From: Methanotrichaceae archaeon
Lineage (GTDB): Archaea > Halobacteriota > Methanosarcinia > Methanotrichales > Methanotrichaceae
Assembly: GCA_963748825.1 (NCBI GenBank)
Contig: CAVVKN010000009.1
Location: forward strand, 96,001-160,000
DNA length: 64,000 nucleotides
Direction of reading: 5' to 3'
A program made the translations under genes and the position numbers. Of this stretch, positions 50,170 through 62,003 are shown one piece after another (the first letter of the stretch is position 1; every line of letters starts with the position of its first letter). The notes beneath the pieces were generated by a model. It did not search any database, was not told the origin of the DNA, and was given only the letters and a program-made list of their open reading frames with translations.

Positions 50170-52005
50170 ATGGAAATTGCCGAGGAGCTGGCCAAGCAGC
50201 AAAAGGCCATATCTGTAGCTGAATTTTTTGAGAAGAATCGTCAAATCCTGGGATTCGATTCCGCTCCACGAGCACTCATCACCTGCGTGAAGGAGGCTGT
50301 GGACAACTCCCTGGATGCCTGCGAAGATGCCGGGATATTGCCGGATATTTTTGTGCAAATAAAGAAGAGTGGCGAATACTATCAGGTTATTGTTGAGGAT
50401 AACGGGCCGGGCATTGTGCAAGAGGAGATCCCGCGCGTCTTTGCCAAACTGCTCTATGGATCGCGTTTTCATACGCTACGCCAAAGCCGTGGCCAGCAGG
50501 GCATAGGCATATCCGCGGCAGTGCTTTATTCCCAGCTCACCAGCGGCAGGCCCACCAAGGTCATCTCCAAGATCGCTCCGGACAGACCCGCTCGTTACTG
50601 CGAGCTGCTCATAAATACAGCTAAAAACGAGCCCGAGATTCTGAAATCTGAGGATATGGACTGGGAACGCCCCAGGGGAACGCGCGTGGAGCTCGAAATG
50701 GAGGGCACCTATGTGAGGGGCCGCCGCCAGTCGGTCTATGGTTCGCTGAAGAGCACAGCCATTGTCAATCCTCATGCGCGCCTGACCTTGGTGGAGCCAG
50801 AGGGCAACGTGGAGGTCTTCGAGAGGGTCACGGAGAGTCTGCCCAAAAAAGCCTATGCCATTTCCCCTCATCCGGACGGAATTGAGCTTGGCGAGCTGAT
50901 CAAGCTCCTCCGCTACACCGACAAAAAGAAGCTGCGCGTCTTTTTAAAAGAGACCTTCTCTTCTATCGGCACCATCTCCGCTCAGGAGCTGTGCAGCCGG
51001 GCGGGTCTGGATCCAGAAGTGGCCCCTACTGACCTGGACCATGAGGCAGCATCTCGCCTGCATTGCGCATTCAAACAGATCAAGGTCAAGTCGCCTCCTG
51101 TAGACTGCCTTTCTCCTATTGGCGAGGAGCTGATCAAGGCTGGACTCGAAAAAGAGTTTCGGCTGGACTATATCGCCACCACGGTTCGGCCCGTATCCGT
51201 CTATTCGGGTAATCCCTTCCTGATCGAGGTGGGACTGGGATATGGAGGAGAGCTTGAGAAGGAGAGTCGCGTTGAACTGCTTCGATTTGCAAATCGTGTT
51301 CCCCTCGTCTACCAACAGGGTGCCTGCGCCGTAACTCACGCTGTGGAGAGCGTCTCCTGGAAGAACTATTCCCTGGGCCAGCCTACGGGAAGCGGCGTGC
51401 CGGTCGGCCCGGCGGTGCTGCTGGTTCATATCGCTTCCACCAACATTCCCTTCACCTCAGAGAGCAAAGATGCTGTGGCCGATATGCCGGAGATTTTAAC
51501 GGAGATCGATCTGGGGCTGAAAGAGGTAGCGAGAAAGCTGCGCCGCTACCTGAGCCGTCAGAGCGTTCTCTCGGAAAGAAGGGAGAAGGAGGAGATCATA
51601 AGAAAGATCCTGCCGCGCATCGCCCAGAAGCTCTCCGATGTCCTGGAAAAGGAGCTGCCGGATATCGGGCCGGTGGTGGCCAAGATCATGGGCAATCTTC
51701 TCGTCTTCCGGAAAGTGGAGAGGAATAACGGACAGCTATGTGTCAAAATCCAGGTAGAAAATCACAGCGAACAGTTACGGTCCTTCAAGCTGCATGAGGT
51801 GCTGGCAGTGCAGGCCGACGCCGTCTCGCCTGTCGCCAAAATCATTCCCATGGGAGACGGCTACGACTACCACTGGAAGCTCTCCCTCGGTCCGGGCCAG
51901 GCTACCACCCTCAGCTACAGTATCACGGCTGAAGGCGTAGCCCTGAAAGAGCCGGTGATTGAGGGCCTGGAAGCGGAAATTGTCACAGGAGCCAGGGTGA
52001 TCTAG
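50170..52005 (+). CDS. top6B: DNA topoisomerase VI subunit B
   Basis: [45 protein letters not shown]. Confidence 0.97.
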   Translation: MEIAEELAKQQKAISVAEFFEKNRQILGFDSAPRALITCVKEAVDNSLDACEDAGILPDIFVQIKKSGEYYQVIVEDNGPGIVQEEIPRVFAKLLYGSRFHTLRQSRGQQGIGISAAVLYSQLTSGRPTKVISKIAPDRPARYCELLINTAKNEPEILKSEDMDWERPRGTRVELEMEGTYVRGRRQSVYGSLKSTAIVNPHARLTLVEPEGNVEVFERVTESLPKKAYAISPHPDGIELGELIKLLRYTDKKKLRVFLKETFSSIGTISAQELCSRAGLDPEVAPTDLDHEAASRLHCAFKQIKVKSPPVDCLSPIGEELIKAGLEKEFRLDYIATTVRPVSVYSGNPFLIEVGLGYGGELEKESRVELLRFANRVPLVYQQGACAVTHAVESVSWKNYSLGQPTGSGVPVGPAVLLVHIASTNIPFTSESKDAVADMPEILTEIDLGLKEVARKLRRYLSRQSVLSERREKEEIIRKILPRIAQKLSDVLEKELPDIGPVVAKIMGNLLVFRKVERNNGQLCVKIQVENHSEQLRSFKLHEVLAVQADAVSPVAKIIPMGDGYDYHWKLSLGPGQATTLSYSITAEGVALKEPVIEGLEAEIVTGARVI

Positions 52006-52008
52006 CCA

Positions 52009-53145
52009 ATGGAAAAATCCGACGAGAAGAATGAATTTGAAAGGAAGCTAAATATAAAAAAAGCAGAAAAATCAAAAATAGCCCAGGAGAATCTGCTTGG
52101 CCTCGCTGACATTCTTTACAACCAGTTCCAGCAGGGCATAGTGCCCCATATCTCCCTGCCATCCCGAACCAAAGGAAACATCGAGTTTTCCACTAAGGAC
52201 GATGTCTGGGTTTATGGTGATCAAGAGACGACACGCAGCGTCAAGACCGTGCGTGGAGCCAAGACACTTCTCAAGACGGTTCACCTGGCTGAGCTTCTCA
52301 TCAACGAGCATCTCAAGAACAATCGCGGCTCGACTTTGAGGGAGATCTATTATATCTCCGAGAACTGGGATATCGCCAAATTCCATGAGCAGGCGGAAAG
52401 TGACCGGCTTATCGAGGATCTGGAGATCGTCACCTCTCTGCACCGGGAGGACTTTCACGTCAGGCCGGAGGAGGATGGGGCAGCCGTCTTCGGGCCGCTG
52501 CGCCTCAAAGAGCAGACACGGCGAGGCGAGCGGGAGATGCACTGCCAGGAGGATGTGGGCGAGGCCGGATACCAGATACCCTTCAATGTGGATAACATCG
52601 AATTTTTGAGCCACGACGCAAAACTGGTCATGGCCATTGAGACGGGCGGAATGTACGCCCGGCTGATCGAGAATGGCTTTGATGAGGAGTACAATGCCAT
52701 CCTGGTTCATATCAAGGGCCAGCCGGCCCGGTCCACGCGCCGCATCATAAAGAGGCTGAATGCGGAGCTGAACATCCCAGTGGTGGTCTTCACGGATGGC
52801 GATCCCTGGTCCTATCGCATCTTTGCCAGCATCGCCTACGGTGCCATCAAGAGCGCTCACCTCTCCGAGCACCTGGTCACTCCAGGGGCGCGCTTCCTGG
52901 GGGTGCAGCCCAGCGACATCGTGGACTACAACCTCTCAACAGACAAATTGACCGATAAGGATTTGCAGGCCCTGCGAAGCGAGCTGACCGACCCCCGGTT
53001 TAATACGCCCTACTGGGAAAAGCAGATCCGGTTGCAACTGGACCTCAAGAAAAAGGCAGAGCAGCAGGCCTTTGCCGGCAAGGGCCTGGATTATGTGACC
53101 AAGACCTACCTGCCACAGAGACTTACTGAGATGGGGATAATTTGA
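52009..53145 (+). CDS. top6A: DNA topoisomerase VI subunit A
   Basis: TLREIYY catalytic Tyr; KGQP.R.TR; D.DPW TOPRIM; KAEQQA. Confidence 0.97.
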   Translation: MEKSDEKNEFERKLNIKKAEKSKIAQENLLGLADILYNQFQQGIVPHISLPSRTKGNIEFSTKDDVWVYGDQETTRSVKTVRGAKTLLKTVHLAELLINEHLKNNRGSTLREIYYISENWDIAKFHEQAESDRLIEDLEIVTSLHREDFHVRPEEDGAAVFGPLRLKEQTRRGEREMHCQEDVGEAGYQIPFNVDNIEFLSHDAKLVMAIETGGMYARLIENGFDEEYNAILVHIKGQPARSTRRIIKRLNAELNIPVVVFTDGDPWSYRIFASIAYGAIKSAHLSEHLVTPGARFLGVQPSDIVDYNLSTDKLTDKDLQALRSELTDPRFNTPYWEKQIRLQLDLKKKAEQQAFAGKGLDYVTKTYLPQRLTEMGII

Positions 53146-53957
53146 GTTTGATCATCGATTTTCACACTCACATCTACCCGGAATGGGTGGCGGCCAAGAT
53201 CCTGCCCGTCGCCAAGCGAAAGCTGAAGGTGGAGGTTCCAGGCACCGGCGCGCCCGAAGATCTGCGTAGCATGATGCAGGCAGCAGGAGTTGCCGGATCG
53301 GTGCTCCTGCCCCTGGCCAAAGGCAGGGATGACGTCTGCAGCCTCAACGACTGGGTCCGGTCAGTCTCGGGAGAGGGCGAGGAGCTGACAGCCTTTGGCG
53401 CTGTGCATCCTTTCATGCCAAACCTGGAGGCTGAGCTGGACCGGCTGGCCACCTGGGGCGTTAAGGGAGTAAAGATGATGCCTCTCTTACAGGAGGTCTA
53501 TCCTGACGATCCACGCTGTGGCCGGCTTTTCGAGGCATTGATAGAGAGAAAGATGATCCTGGTGGCTCATGCAGGCCGAGACCCGCTGGATCGGCCGGAG
53601 GTCTTTGGCACGCCGGATCGCTTTGCCAGGACCATTGAATGCTATCCGGACCTGCGACTGGTGCTGGCTCACCTGGGAGGTTTACGCATGTGGGATGACG
53701 TCCGGCGTCACCTCCTGTCCGCCGGCGGAAATGTCTATTTCGACACAGCTTACGTCTCTTTTTACATGGGCCAGCAAGAGATGGGGGAGCTGATACGAGA
53801 TATCGGACCAGAGAGGGTCATCTTCGGCAGCGATTACCCCTGGGAAGAGCCGGGAAGGGCAGCGGAGATTATCAAGGGCCTGGGACTCTGTGTTGCGGAA
53901 GAGCAAGCAATCCTCGGCAAGAATGCGGCCAAACTTCTTGGTATTGAGAGTTTCTGA
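53142..53957 (+). CDS. Amidohydrolase-family metalloprotein
   Basis: IIDFHTH, LAHLGG, FGSDYP. Confidence 0.88.
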   Translation: MSLIIDFHTHIYPEWVAAKILPVAKRKLKVEVPGTGAPEDLRSMMQAAGVAGSVLLPLAKGRDDVCSLNDWVRSVSGEGEELTAFGAVHPFMPNLEAELDRLATWGVKGVKMMPLLQEVYPDDPRCGRLFEALIERKMILVAHAGRDPLDRPEVFGTPDRFARTIECYPDLRLVLAHLGGLRMWDDVRRHLLSAGGNVYFDTAYVSFYMGQQEMGELIRDIGPERVIFGSDYPWEEPGRAAEIIKGLGLCVAEEQAILGKNAAKLLGIESF

Positions 53958-54002
53958 AATAGGCCAAAGGTTTATACTTCTTTAGAATAGATGCGCGGAT
54001 CT

Positions 54003-54185
54003 ATGAAACGCGATCTGCTCGACATTTTAGCTTGCCCTCTCTGCAAAGGCGACTTGACGCTTGAGGTATTCGAAGAGAACGAGAAGGAGATTGTGACGGG
54101 AAAGCTCTGCTGCCAGGCCTGCCAGGAATGCTATCCTATTGAAGACGGCATACCCAATATGCTGCCGCCCGATCTGAGAGATTAG
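54003..54185 (+). CDS. Trm112-like methyltransferase activator
   Basis: DILACP.CKG.L, YPIEDGIPNMLPP. Confidence 0.9.
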   Translation: MKRDLLDILACPLCKGDLTLEVFEENEKEIVTGKLCCQACQECYPIEDGIPNMLPPDLRD

Positions 54186-54325
54186 TCTTGGCCTTGGCTG
54201 GCCGAGCAAGAGGCCCGGCAAGGGCAAAGCCTGGCTTACAAAGCCCGCAGGACCCGAGGAAATACAAGAAGCTCCACTAGCAAAATATTTATATAATATT
54301 ATGTGATATATGGTGTGGGGGAGTT

Positions 54326-55663
54326 TTGGCATTGGATCATGTTGTTCACATCAACAATGGCAGCGGTGCGGCCAGGCCCATAGTTCTTCGTCTCCTTCCC
54401 GGCGAGGAGACCATATTCAATCTCAAGGTCGTCAATGACGGGGAGCCGTCTAATATTTCTCTGCTGGCCAGCAGTCCCGTCTTCAAGGCGGTGCGCTTGA
54501 AGAAGCCGGATCACTATGTTGTCCTGGAGGAGATCATACCCATCCTGGCCAGGATGCCGGCCAATAAGAAGCGTCTGGACGGCGAGATTCTTCTCTCCGG
54601 CAGCCATGGAGAAAGCCGGGTACCTATCACTCTGCTGCGCGATTCGGAAGATCCGGGCGACGATCTGGAAGACCCCGGCCTACAGGGGGACGAGGAATTA
54701 AAGGATGATCTGATGGGAGATGCTCTGGAAAGAGAAGATACAAGCAACGACCGAGATGAAGAAGAAGAAGAAGACGAGGATGCAGATCTCGCGCCCCGGA
54801 GAAGGGACAGCAGGGACCGAGAAGATGCAGACGATGAGGACGAGGATGAGGAAGACTCCCCAGGAATCAGGCGAGTGAAGCGGTCCGAAGACGAGGACGA
54901 AGACGAGAACGAGGAGACGGAGAAGGAGCCACGGCGCATAGCATTCTCTCGCGATAAAGATCTGCAAAGATACAGATCTGCCACCCGTCAGCAAAGAGCA
55001 GGCGGGATAGAAAGCCGCGGGGAGAAGCGCGGCCTGAAGCCGGCAGTAAGCCGTGTCGATAAAGATCGTAACGATGATCGCAGCGATAGATACAGCAATG
55101 CTCGAATAGGCCGCGACAGGGAAGACGAAATCGAGAGCGATGCAGAAGATGATAATAGCCGCGTTGAAACTCGCTCTAACACCCGTATTGATGATCGTTT
55201 TGTAGATCCCAGCAATAGGCAGGACGAAGGCCCACGTTTCATCCCCAGGAAGGTACCTCTAGGGGAGCAAGAAGAGAGAAAGGAAGAGGGGACTCAAGAG
55301 TGGAAGAGAGCCCCCTCCGGATATGAGGAGGACCGTTACCAGGGCATCTCGCAGGGCCCGGACAGCGAGAGCCGGGAGATCCCCACTTCCGCAGCCGAGA
55401 GAGAGGAAAGATCCCCTGAGGAGCCGGAGGTGTACAGCGAGCCGAATGAAGGGCCAGAGTCCATCTATCTGGACCGATTGGGCGGCTTTGGCGGCCTGGG
55501 CTCTCTAAAGGTCATCCCTGCGGCCCTATTCCTGGCGCTTGTTATTGTTTTGGTTTTGACGTTCATCACAGAAAGCATTCCTGAGTTTCCCGGCGCTTTA
55601 GCATCGTCCATCCTGATCGTCACCCTTATCATATACGGAGCGGCTACGCTCCTGAAGGCGTGA
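54326..55663 (+). CDS. Membrane-anchored hypothetical protein: beta N-domain, long D/E/R-rich linker, two C-terminal TMs
   Basis: Composition of the translated ORF; stop overlaps the pyrG start. Confidence 0.8.
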   Translation: MALDHVVHINNGSGAARPIVLRLLPGEETIFNLKVVNDGEPSNISLLASSPVFKAVRLKKPDHYVVLEEIIPILARMPANKKRLDGEILLSGSHGESRVPITLLRDSEDPGDDLEDPGLQGDEELKDDLMGDALEREDTSNDRDEEEEEDEDADLAPRRRDSRDREDADDEDEDEEDSPGIRRVKRSEDEDEDENEETEKEPRRIAFSRDKDLQRYRSATRQQRAGGIESRGEKRGLKPAVSRVDKDRNDDRSDRYSNARIGRDREDEIESDAEDDNSRVETRSNTRIDDRFVDPSNRQDEGPRFIPRKVPLGEQEERKEEGTQEWKRAPSGYEEDRYQGISQGPDSESREIPTSAAEREERSPEEPEVYSEPNEGPESIYLDRLGGFGGLGSLKVIPAALFLALVIVLVLTFITESIPEFPGALASSILIVTLIIYGAATLLKA

Positions 55664-57270
55664 ATATGAGATACATTGTGGTCACAGGCGGGGTTATGAG
55701 CGGCCTTGGCAAGGGCATTACTGCGGCGTCCATCGGCAGGCTGCTCATGAACAGGGGCTATAAGGTTACAGCCATCAAGATCGATCCTTACATCAACATC
55801 GATGCCGGACTCATGAGCCCGTTCCAGCATGGAGAGGTATACGTCCTCAAGGATGGCGGCGAGGTGGATCTGGATCTGGGCAATTACGAACGCTTTTTAG
55901 ATGTGGAACTCACCCGCGACCACAACATCACCACCGGCAAGGTTTACAGCACAGTCATCGAGAAGGAGCGCAGAGGCGAGTATCTGGGCAAGACGGTGCA
56001 GATCATCCCCCACATCACCGAAGAGATCAAGAGACGCATCCGCCAGGTCTCCCGGGATGGGGGCTGCGAGATCTGTCTGATAGAGGTTGGCGGAACGGTG
56101 GGCGATATCGAGTCCATGCCCTTCCTGGAGGCCATGCGCCAGCTCAAGTATGAGGAGTCGGGCAACATATTCTTCGTGCACGTAACCCTCGCCCCTTCCA
56201 CAATGGACGGAGAGCAGAAGACCAAGCCCACCCAGCACAGCGTGAAAGAGATGCGCCAGCTGGGTCTGCAGCCGGACATGATAGTAGTAAGATGCGAGCG
56301 GCCCCTCTTAGAGGAGACAAAGCACAAGATCGCTCACTTCTGCGATGTTCCCATGGAGGCTGTGATCAGCGCCCACAATGCCGACGACATCTACCGCGTC
56401 CCCTTGCAGATGGAGGCGGAGGGGCTGGCCAGGTACATAATGAAGGCCATGCGGCTCTTTCCCCTGGAAGAGCGCAAGGATTGGGATGAGTTCGTGCGGA
56501 AGATGGATGCTGCAGAGGGCGTGGTGAAGGTGGCCATTGTGGGAAAGTACACCATCGGCTCGCAGTGTGCCGACCCCATGGAGGATGCCTACCTGTCCAT
56601 CCGTGAGTCCCTGAAGCACGCCGGCATTGAGGCCGGTGTGAAGATCGATGTGCAGTGGATCGATGCCGAGGAGCTGGAGCACGGCTCGGCGGACCTCATC
56701 CTGAGAGACGCGGACGGCATCCTGGTTCCGGGCGGCTTTGGATCTCGGGGCACGGAGGGCAAGATGAAGGCCGTGCAGTACGCCCGGGAGATGAAGGTTC
56801 CGTACCTGGGAATATGCTTCGGAATGCAGTTGGCTGTGATCGAGTACGCCCGAAACGTCTGCGGCCTGGATGGAGCGAGCAGCTCGGAGTTTGGGGCCAC
56901 GCCTCACCCGGTGATTGCTCTCCTCCCTGAGCAAGAGAAGATCAGGCACATGGGAGCCACCATGCGGCTGGGCAACTACCCGGCGCATTTGAAAAAAGGT
57001 AGCCTGGCGCATAAGATCTACGGCACAGACGATATCGTGGAGAGGCACCGGCACCGCTACGAGGTCAATCCCGCTTACATTGCCCAGATAGAGGAGAAGG
57101 GCATGATCTTCTCGGGCACCAACGGGGATCTGATGGAGATTTGCGAGATAGCCGAGCATCCCTTCTTCTTCGCATCGCAGTTCCACCCGGAGATGAAGTC
57201 CCGGCCGGGCCGCCCGTCGCCGCCGTTCCTGGCTTTTGTGGAGGCGATGAAAAATAAAAGAAGCAATTAA
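55660..57270 (+). CDS. pyrG: CTP synthase
   Basis: [40 protein letters not shown]. Confidence 0.98.
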   Translation: MNMRYIVVTGGVMSGLGKGITAASIGRLLMNRGYKVTAIKIDPYINIDAGLMSPFQHGEVYVLKDGGEVDLDLGNYERFLDVELTRDHNITTGKVYSTVIEKERRGEYLGKTVQIIPHITEEIKRRIRQVSRDGGCEICLIEVGGTVGDIESMPFLEAMRQLKYEESGNIFFVHVTLAPSTMDGEQKTKPTQHSVKEMRQLGLQPDMIVVRCERPLLEETKHKIAHFCDVPMEAVISAHNADDIYRVPLQMEAEGLARYIMKAMRLFPLEERKDWDEFVRKMDAAEGVVKVAIVGKYTIGSQCADPMEDAYLSIRESLKHAGIEAGVKIDVQWIDAEELEHGSADLILRDADGILVPGGFGSRGTEGKMKAVQYAREMKVPYLGICFGMQLAVIEYARNVCGLDGASSSEFGATPHPVIALLPEQEKIRHMGATMRLGNYPAHLKKGSLAHKIYGTDDIVERHRHRYEVNPAYIAQIEEKGMIFSGTNGDLMEICEIAEHPFFFASQFHPEMKSRPGRPSPPFLAFVEAMKNKRSN

Positions 57271-57312
57271 TCGCACGTCTCTATTTTTTAGGTATTAAAT
57301 GGGGGCAGAATT

Positions 57313-57897
57313 ATTTATTTAAAAGATTGTTTAATTGAAAATGCGGGGCCGATAGAATCCCTGGATCTCACACCATCATTTAATGCAGATGGCACGCCAA
57401 AACCATTGGTTATAGTCGGAAAAAATGGTACTGGAAAAAGTATTTTATTATCATATATTGTTGATGCACTATTTGAGCTTGCTAAAAAAGCATATGCGGA
57501 CATTGTTCTTGGTCAACAAATGGGGCATTCACCTTTTTTTAAGTTTTCAGGACAATTAAATCAGAGATATAAATGTGAATTCAGTATAGGATTGCTAGAT
57601 TTTTTTGAAAGTGAAAAAAAATATTCTTATGTAGATAAGACAGGATCGTTGGATCAGGGAGAATTCGTTGATAAGGCTCATGGTCGATTTAGCAATGTAT
57701 TGTCGTGGAAAAAAGATGGGGTCGAAAAAAAGAGTTTCGGAGATGAAAAGGAATTAGAAAATATTTATAGAACTAATTCAATTTGCTATTTTCCACCAAG
57801 TCGAAAAGAATTGCCTCACTGGCTAAATAGAGAAAGTTTATCCCAGGATCTGACTTTTGATCTTGACCGAAATAAATCATCGACGAGGTATTCATAG
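57313..57897 (+). pseudogene. N-terminal fragment of an ABC/AAA_15-type ATPase
   Basis: YLKDCLIENAGPI...VIVGKNGTGKS Walker A; frame opens at ATT 57313 with no ATG; truncated. Confidence 0.75.
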
Positions 57898-58314
57898 AGG
57901 AGGACGCTACTCTCAACTATCAATTCTCTTTGCATAGAGAAAATTCTATTTAACGGCGGTTCTAAGCACTTACTTGCTTAGCTCAACAGCTAATATTGAT
58001 GATCAGATGACGCATATCTTTCGAGCTTTTGATTGCTTATGCGAATTATATGGATAAGCATTCAAGATCTAACTCAAAAGCTCGACATATCAAAAAGAGA
58101 TAATTAAAGACAATTAAATTTTCAGTTGATGTATTAAGACTCTAGCAAAGATGCTTCAACAGATCAAAAGAATTAATCAACAAATCGCTAACGAGTACGA
58201 ATTCAAATAATAGGATAGAGATTTTGGGCTTGCTTTGTTGACCTCTTAGAAGATTGATAACCTGATGGAGATATAGTGACCGCATTACAAAAAATTCACG
58301 CAAGATGATCGAGA

Positions 58315-58671
58315 TTGGTGCGATGTCTTTCTCATTATGGTGTATTTGGTGTACTTGGAAAGCCGATTTATGTTGAAAGCTGTGTTGAGGAAAATAAAAA
58401 ATGGGTAATGGATGTTTTTTTAGATTCAAAAGTTGATATCCAGGAATTGTCCCAATTATCCCAGCCCGATGCAGCAAAATTGATAAGTGATAAGCAACTA
58501 TTGATCCAAAGCAAAATTAATATCGAAGCCATATTGAAAGAAATTCTGGATCTCTTTACAGGAACGACCTGGGAGGAATTTCTAGAGCATGGAGCAAAAA
58601 TTAGCGGCTTTAGAGTTAGCAGAAAGAAAACGGCGCAGCGATTTACAGGAGATTATTCTCTGCTAAGTTAA
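58315..58671 (+). pseudogene. Probable middle fragment of the same ATPase
   Basis: Same strand and AT-rich codon style; helical segment KPIYVES...WVMDVFLDS...IEAILKEIL; assignment is inference. Confidence 0.45.
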
Positions 58672-58876
58672 CGGATTTGATTGTTGCACTTAGAAGTCGA
58701 TTACAAAGGCATTGATATTCTCTCTGGAAATATGAGCAATTTGCGATCAGATTTGAAGTTGAACTGGTGGAAAAACTGGATGCTAAAACAGCATTTTAGT
58801 ACCCAGCTATAGATCACTTGAGTCGTCAGGGCCAATCAGAATGCCTGGACGGATTGTTTAGGGATCTCCGCGGATT

Positions 58877-59074
58877 TTGCCAAACGATGGGATATACGCT
58901 AATGCGATAAAAAATGCTGCGAAAAATCCGGTTGAGTTGGAATACGACGAAAGAAAATACCGCCGCAAAACCAAGACGTATGAGTCAAAGATCGGCGTAG
59001 TGACTGTGCCGAGGACAGATATAACCAAAAGTATACGGTTGGGAGAAATTGAAGGAATTGTTGTTATGAGATGA
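58877..59074 (+). mobile_element. Possible IS256-like transposase fragment
   Basis: YRRKTKTYESKIGVVTVPRTD resembles the IS256 T..G...VPR segment; weak. Confidence 0.35.
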
Positions 59075-59199
59075 GGTAGATGCGCATCATATCGTAGAGA
59101 ATGACCGATTTGCAGCATGACGGAATCAATTCAGTGCCCAATCTGGAGAGCTTCTCAGGCTGTTGTCCACGTGTACAATTCAATATTGACTACTCATTC

Positions 59200-59380
59200 A
59201 GGCGATGCGATAATTGCAGCATTCGAGGTCGAGCACACAACGGCAATTTATTCCGGCTTATTGAGGATGTCGGACCTGGTAAGCATGCAGCCAATATCAA
59301 GCTCGATTTATTCATGGTCGCACCGGATGAACGGAGAGAAAAAGTGTTCTACGAAATCAACGGCCAACCTTCGCAGCTGA
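59200..59380 (+). pseudogene. Frameshifted fragment of a PD-(D/E)XK restriction-like nuclease
   Basis: AAFEVEHTTAIYSGLLRMSDL in one frame, then LFMVAPDERREKVFYEIN in another. Confidence 0.65.
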
Positions 59381-59408
59381 AGCCGCCCCCCCGATATTTC
59401 TGCTAGGA

Positions 59409-60137
59409 ATGGAAAAGCAATATGGAAAGGATGGCTTTGAGACCTTAGAAATGCCTAATGGTACGCCAATTTCTACTGAACGTTTTTCAGAATTTACGAA
59501 ATCATTTGAGTTTCTCAAGGCTACAAAGGCATTTGAAGGAGAGCTACAAACCAAGGTACAAAGACTTTTATCATCAAGCACGAAACCGATGATTCTTTTG
59601 GAAGGGAAGACAGATTTGATGTATATTAATAAAGCACTTACCTTATTGGATCGAAATGATATATTGGAACAAATTGATATAGATCAAGTAGGCATAGATT
59701 CAAGAGAGGGTTCAGAGAATTCTGGATCGTCTGCCCTCGAAAAGATAGAAAAAATATACAGCAAAAATAGTCGTTTGCTAAAGCATAAATTGCTGCTACT
59801 TTATGATTGTGATACAGATAAGAAACAAAGGAATGAGGGTTACCTCTTTGTTGAGTCAATAATAAAAATTGAAAAGGACTGCGCATTTACGAAAGGTATA
59901 GAAAATTTGCTCCCTTCTTATTTGCTGCAATCAGAATATTTTTTGGAAAATAAAAGTCGTTTTTATAGAACTAGTAAGAAAGATTATGGCTTCAAGAGTA
60001 CAACCGTTGAAGAATTCGATAAAGATGAGTTCTGCAAATGGGTATGTGAAGAAAGAAAAAATGCGGGTGACATTGGAAATTTTAATATTATTGTAGAAAT
60101 ATTCGAGAGATTCTTGAGCAAAGAGGTAGTGCTTTAA
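59409..60137 (+). pseudogene. C-terminal TOPRIM-like portion of the split ATPase-nuclease (may still be translated)
   Basis: ILLEGKTD, LLYDCD and KGIENLL TOPRIM motifs; in-frame upstream PIFLLG resembles the remnant of the ABC H-loop (THSP). Confidence 0.7.
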
Positions 60138-60456
60138 ATTTTTTGAGATACAACTGCGAGATATACTTTCCGTTAGAGCCCCAATGATAACGAAATGGGC
60201 ATCAGCGCCCCCCATCATGGCGCAACTGCTTGCCTAGGCTGATCACTAACCTGCTCTGCTGTTTCAGGCGCCTACCTACTGCACCCACTATTGTTAGCCC
60301 CCTCACCCCAGCCCGCGCTTTATCTGCAATCTTCGGGCCTTCTGCCCCTGAGCCGAGCGTCCTAAACCCAGCGCACGGGCACCCGCGGCCCAGGCAGTGG
60401 GCCGTCCCGGACCGGCGGCGATTGGATGATCAAACAGCTCGTCCCGCTCTTTTCAT

Positions 60457-60963
60457 TCATGGTTTGTAGACATCAATTTCATTTAACCGCTGAAAATCGG
60501 CGTCATTAGTAGCGATATTGGAAATGCCTTCGGATTTGACAACCGCCAGGTGAGTGGCATCGGATATTAATAGCCCATATTTATTCGAGAGATCGACTGC
60601 CATGTCAAGCACAGACTCATCGCAACTACAAATTATGATTGGATATTCCTTGAGATCAGAATAGGTCTTCCAGACCTGAGAGAGTCCCCTGATTTTCGCA
60701 GGGTCTTGCTTCAATACATTCGCGGCATCATGTTCTGAGCGCAGACCATAGGTATTTGTGGCTTCAGCGAGAATTAGTTTGTGAAGCACCTCATTAAGCA
60801 CAAGAGTTGATGTGAATCCATTATACGCACCTGATTCAATTGCAACAAAAAATTTATGGCAAGGCAGGAAGAACTTGGGACGCCTCATTATATGATATAA
60901 AAATATATTAGCATCTATAAATACATCTGAAGATAAAGGCAGTGCTTCCAGGGAATTTATCAC
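60457..60963 (-). CDS. PIN-domain (VapC) toxin
   Basis: VFIDANIF, VLNEV, DATHLA, IATND.DF; GTG start overlaps the antitoxin stop. Confidence 0.92.
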   Translation of the reverse strand: MINSLEALPLSSDVFIDANIFLYHIMRRPKFFLPCHKFFVAIESGAYNGFTSTLVLNEVLHKLILAEATNTYGLRSEHDAANVLKQDPAKIRGLSQVWKTYSDLKEYPIIICSCDESVLDMAVDLSNKYGLLISDATHLAVVKSEGISNIATNDADFQRLNEIDVYKP

Positions 60964-61178
60964 AACCAATCCTCAGATTCGACAATTTCATCAATGAGAT
61001 CTACATCATCCAGTGCTATTGATCCTGCTAGTCTCTCCGCAATGTTCTTGGCAGGATTGATGAGTATCTTTCCATCTTTTACATTCAGAAATAATCTTTT
61101 GCCTTCACTTATGCCCAACTCGGTCATAACTGAATTAGGAATCTCAATTATCCCGCCTTTCTTAACAAGAACTTCCAT
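60960..61178 (-). CDS. AbrB/MazE-fold antitoxin (VapB)
   Basis: V.KGG.IEIP..V..ELGI.EG.RL....DGKILI.P; ATG 61178 follows a GGTGA RBS. Confidence 0.9.
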   Translation of the reverse strand: MEVLVKKGGIIEIPNSVMTELGISEGKRLFLNVKDGKILINPAKNIAERLAGSIALDDVDLIDEIVESEDWL

Positions 61179-61308
61179 CGATCTCACCACGATTTTACTA
61201 ATATGCTTGGCCTCTAAAAATAGATTTCCCAATTCTGGATCCAAGGCCCGACCGCGCCCCCGTGCTCCAGATCCCCCGGATTTCTGCCGACGACCGCCAC
61301 GCCGCCCC

Positions 61309-61429
61309 AGGCACGCGCCCGCCCCGTGCCCGTGCGCGCGCTCCCGCGGGGTGAGCGGAGGCCCATCAGGAAAGCCCGGAGCCAAGGTCCACCATTCGTT
61401 TCTGGCCCAGAACACGAATCGAAACCAAT
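61309..61429. repeat. GC-rich dispersed element, copy A
   Basis: Three collinear blocks shared with 62772-62848, including an identical 26-mer GGCCCAGAACACGAATCGAAACCAAT. Confidence 0.85.
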
Positions 61430-61477
61430 ATGTTCTCAGCCAATGAAATTGGTCTAACCCGATGGAGATCCTGCCCA

Positions 61478-61837
61478 ATGATCGAGCTGACTGCTGAGAT
61501 GATAATCGAGATCCACGACACCACCATCCAGCGCTACGGAGGCTTGCCTGGCATCCTGTGCCAGGGCACCATTGATTATCTCGTCACCAGGATCAATGAT
61601 GAGCCCTACCACTTCAAGAAGGCCGCTCTCGCCCTTCATCTGATCGCACTTCATCCCTTCAACGACGGTCAGAAGAGAACAGGATTTCAGGTGGCCGACA
61701 ACATTCTGAGAATGAACGGCCTATGCATATCAGCCGGCAAAGAAAAGATTTGTTGCGTTCTCTGCACAATTGCCGAATACAACTGCACACTCGACGCAAT
61801 TGAAAAATGGCTCAGAGAAAATACACAAGAAACCTGA
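61478..61837 (+). CDS. Doc/Fic-family toxin
   Basis: IIEIHD..I..YGG..G, KAA and HPFNDGQKRTG (Doc-type HxFxDGNKR with Asn to Gln). Confidence 0.88.
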   Translation: MIELTAEMIIEIHDTTIQRYGGLPGILCQGTIDYLVTRINDEPYHFKKAALALHLIALHPFNDGQKRTGFQVADNILRMNGLCISAGKEKICCVLCTIAEYNCTLDAIEKWLRENTQET

Positions 61838-61840
61838 CCA

Positions 61841-61933
61841 TCACATCTCGGCCAGGCACTTCATCAGCTCATCGTTCTCTTTCAGGCTCTTTTCAAGATG
61901 CCTGCGCTGCTCAGCCGTGAGGCCTTTGCCCAT
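61841..61933 (-). CDS. 30-aa peptide MGKGLTAEQRRHLEKSLKENDELMKCLAEM, resembling a Doc-antitoxin tail
   Basis: Hand-translated; preceded in frame by ATG 61975 and a TAG at 61934-61936. Confidence 0.55.
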   Translation of the reverse strand: MGKGLTAEQRRHLEKSLKENDELMKCLAEM

Positions 61934-62003
61934 CTATTCTTCCTTTTTCGGGAGGGATTCGATCTGCTCTGACATAACTGTACATCTCAATCATCTGCTT
62001 GGA

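Noticed and set aside
56308-57276. Long antisense ORFs (322 aa here; also 16967-17917, 52072-52872 and others)
   Set aside because: Shadows of well-conserved genes on the opposite strand, caused by GC-rich codon usage; no motifs
60244-60299. CACTAAC...GTTAGCC, an attC-like site suggesting an integron cassette array
   Set aside because: Inner L boxes pair poorly, equivalent sites do not follow the other ORFs, and there is no integrase in the window; IntegronFinder would settle it
61179-61478. N-terminal extension of the AbrB ORF (similar over-extensions on cofG, mtrA, the XRE regulator and the ABC ATPase)
   Set aside because: Extensions translate non-coding repeats, a tRNA or neighbouring genes; internal starts with RBS fit the families better
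61934-61936. In-frame TAG codons (also about 8909) as pyrrolysine
   Set aside because: They occur in decayed or accessory ORFs, one with an additional frameshift; no pyl or methylamine methyltransferase genes in the window
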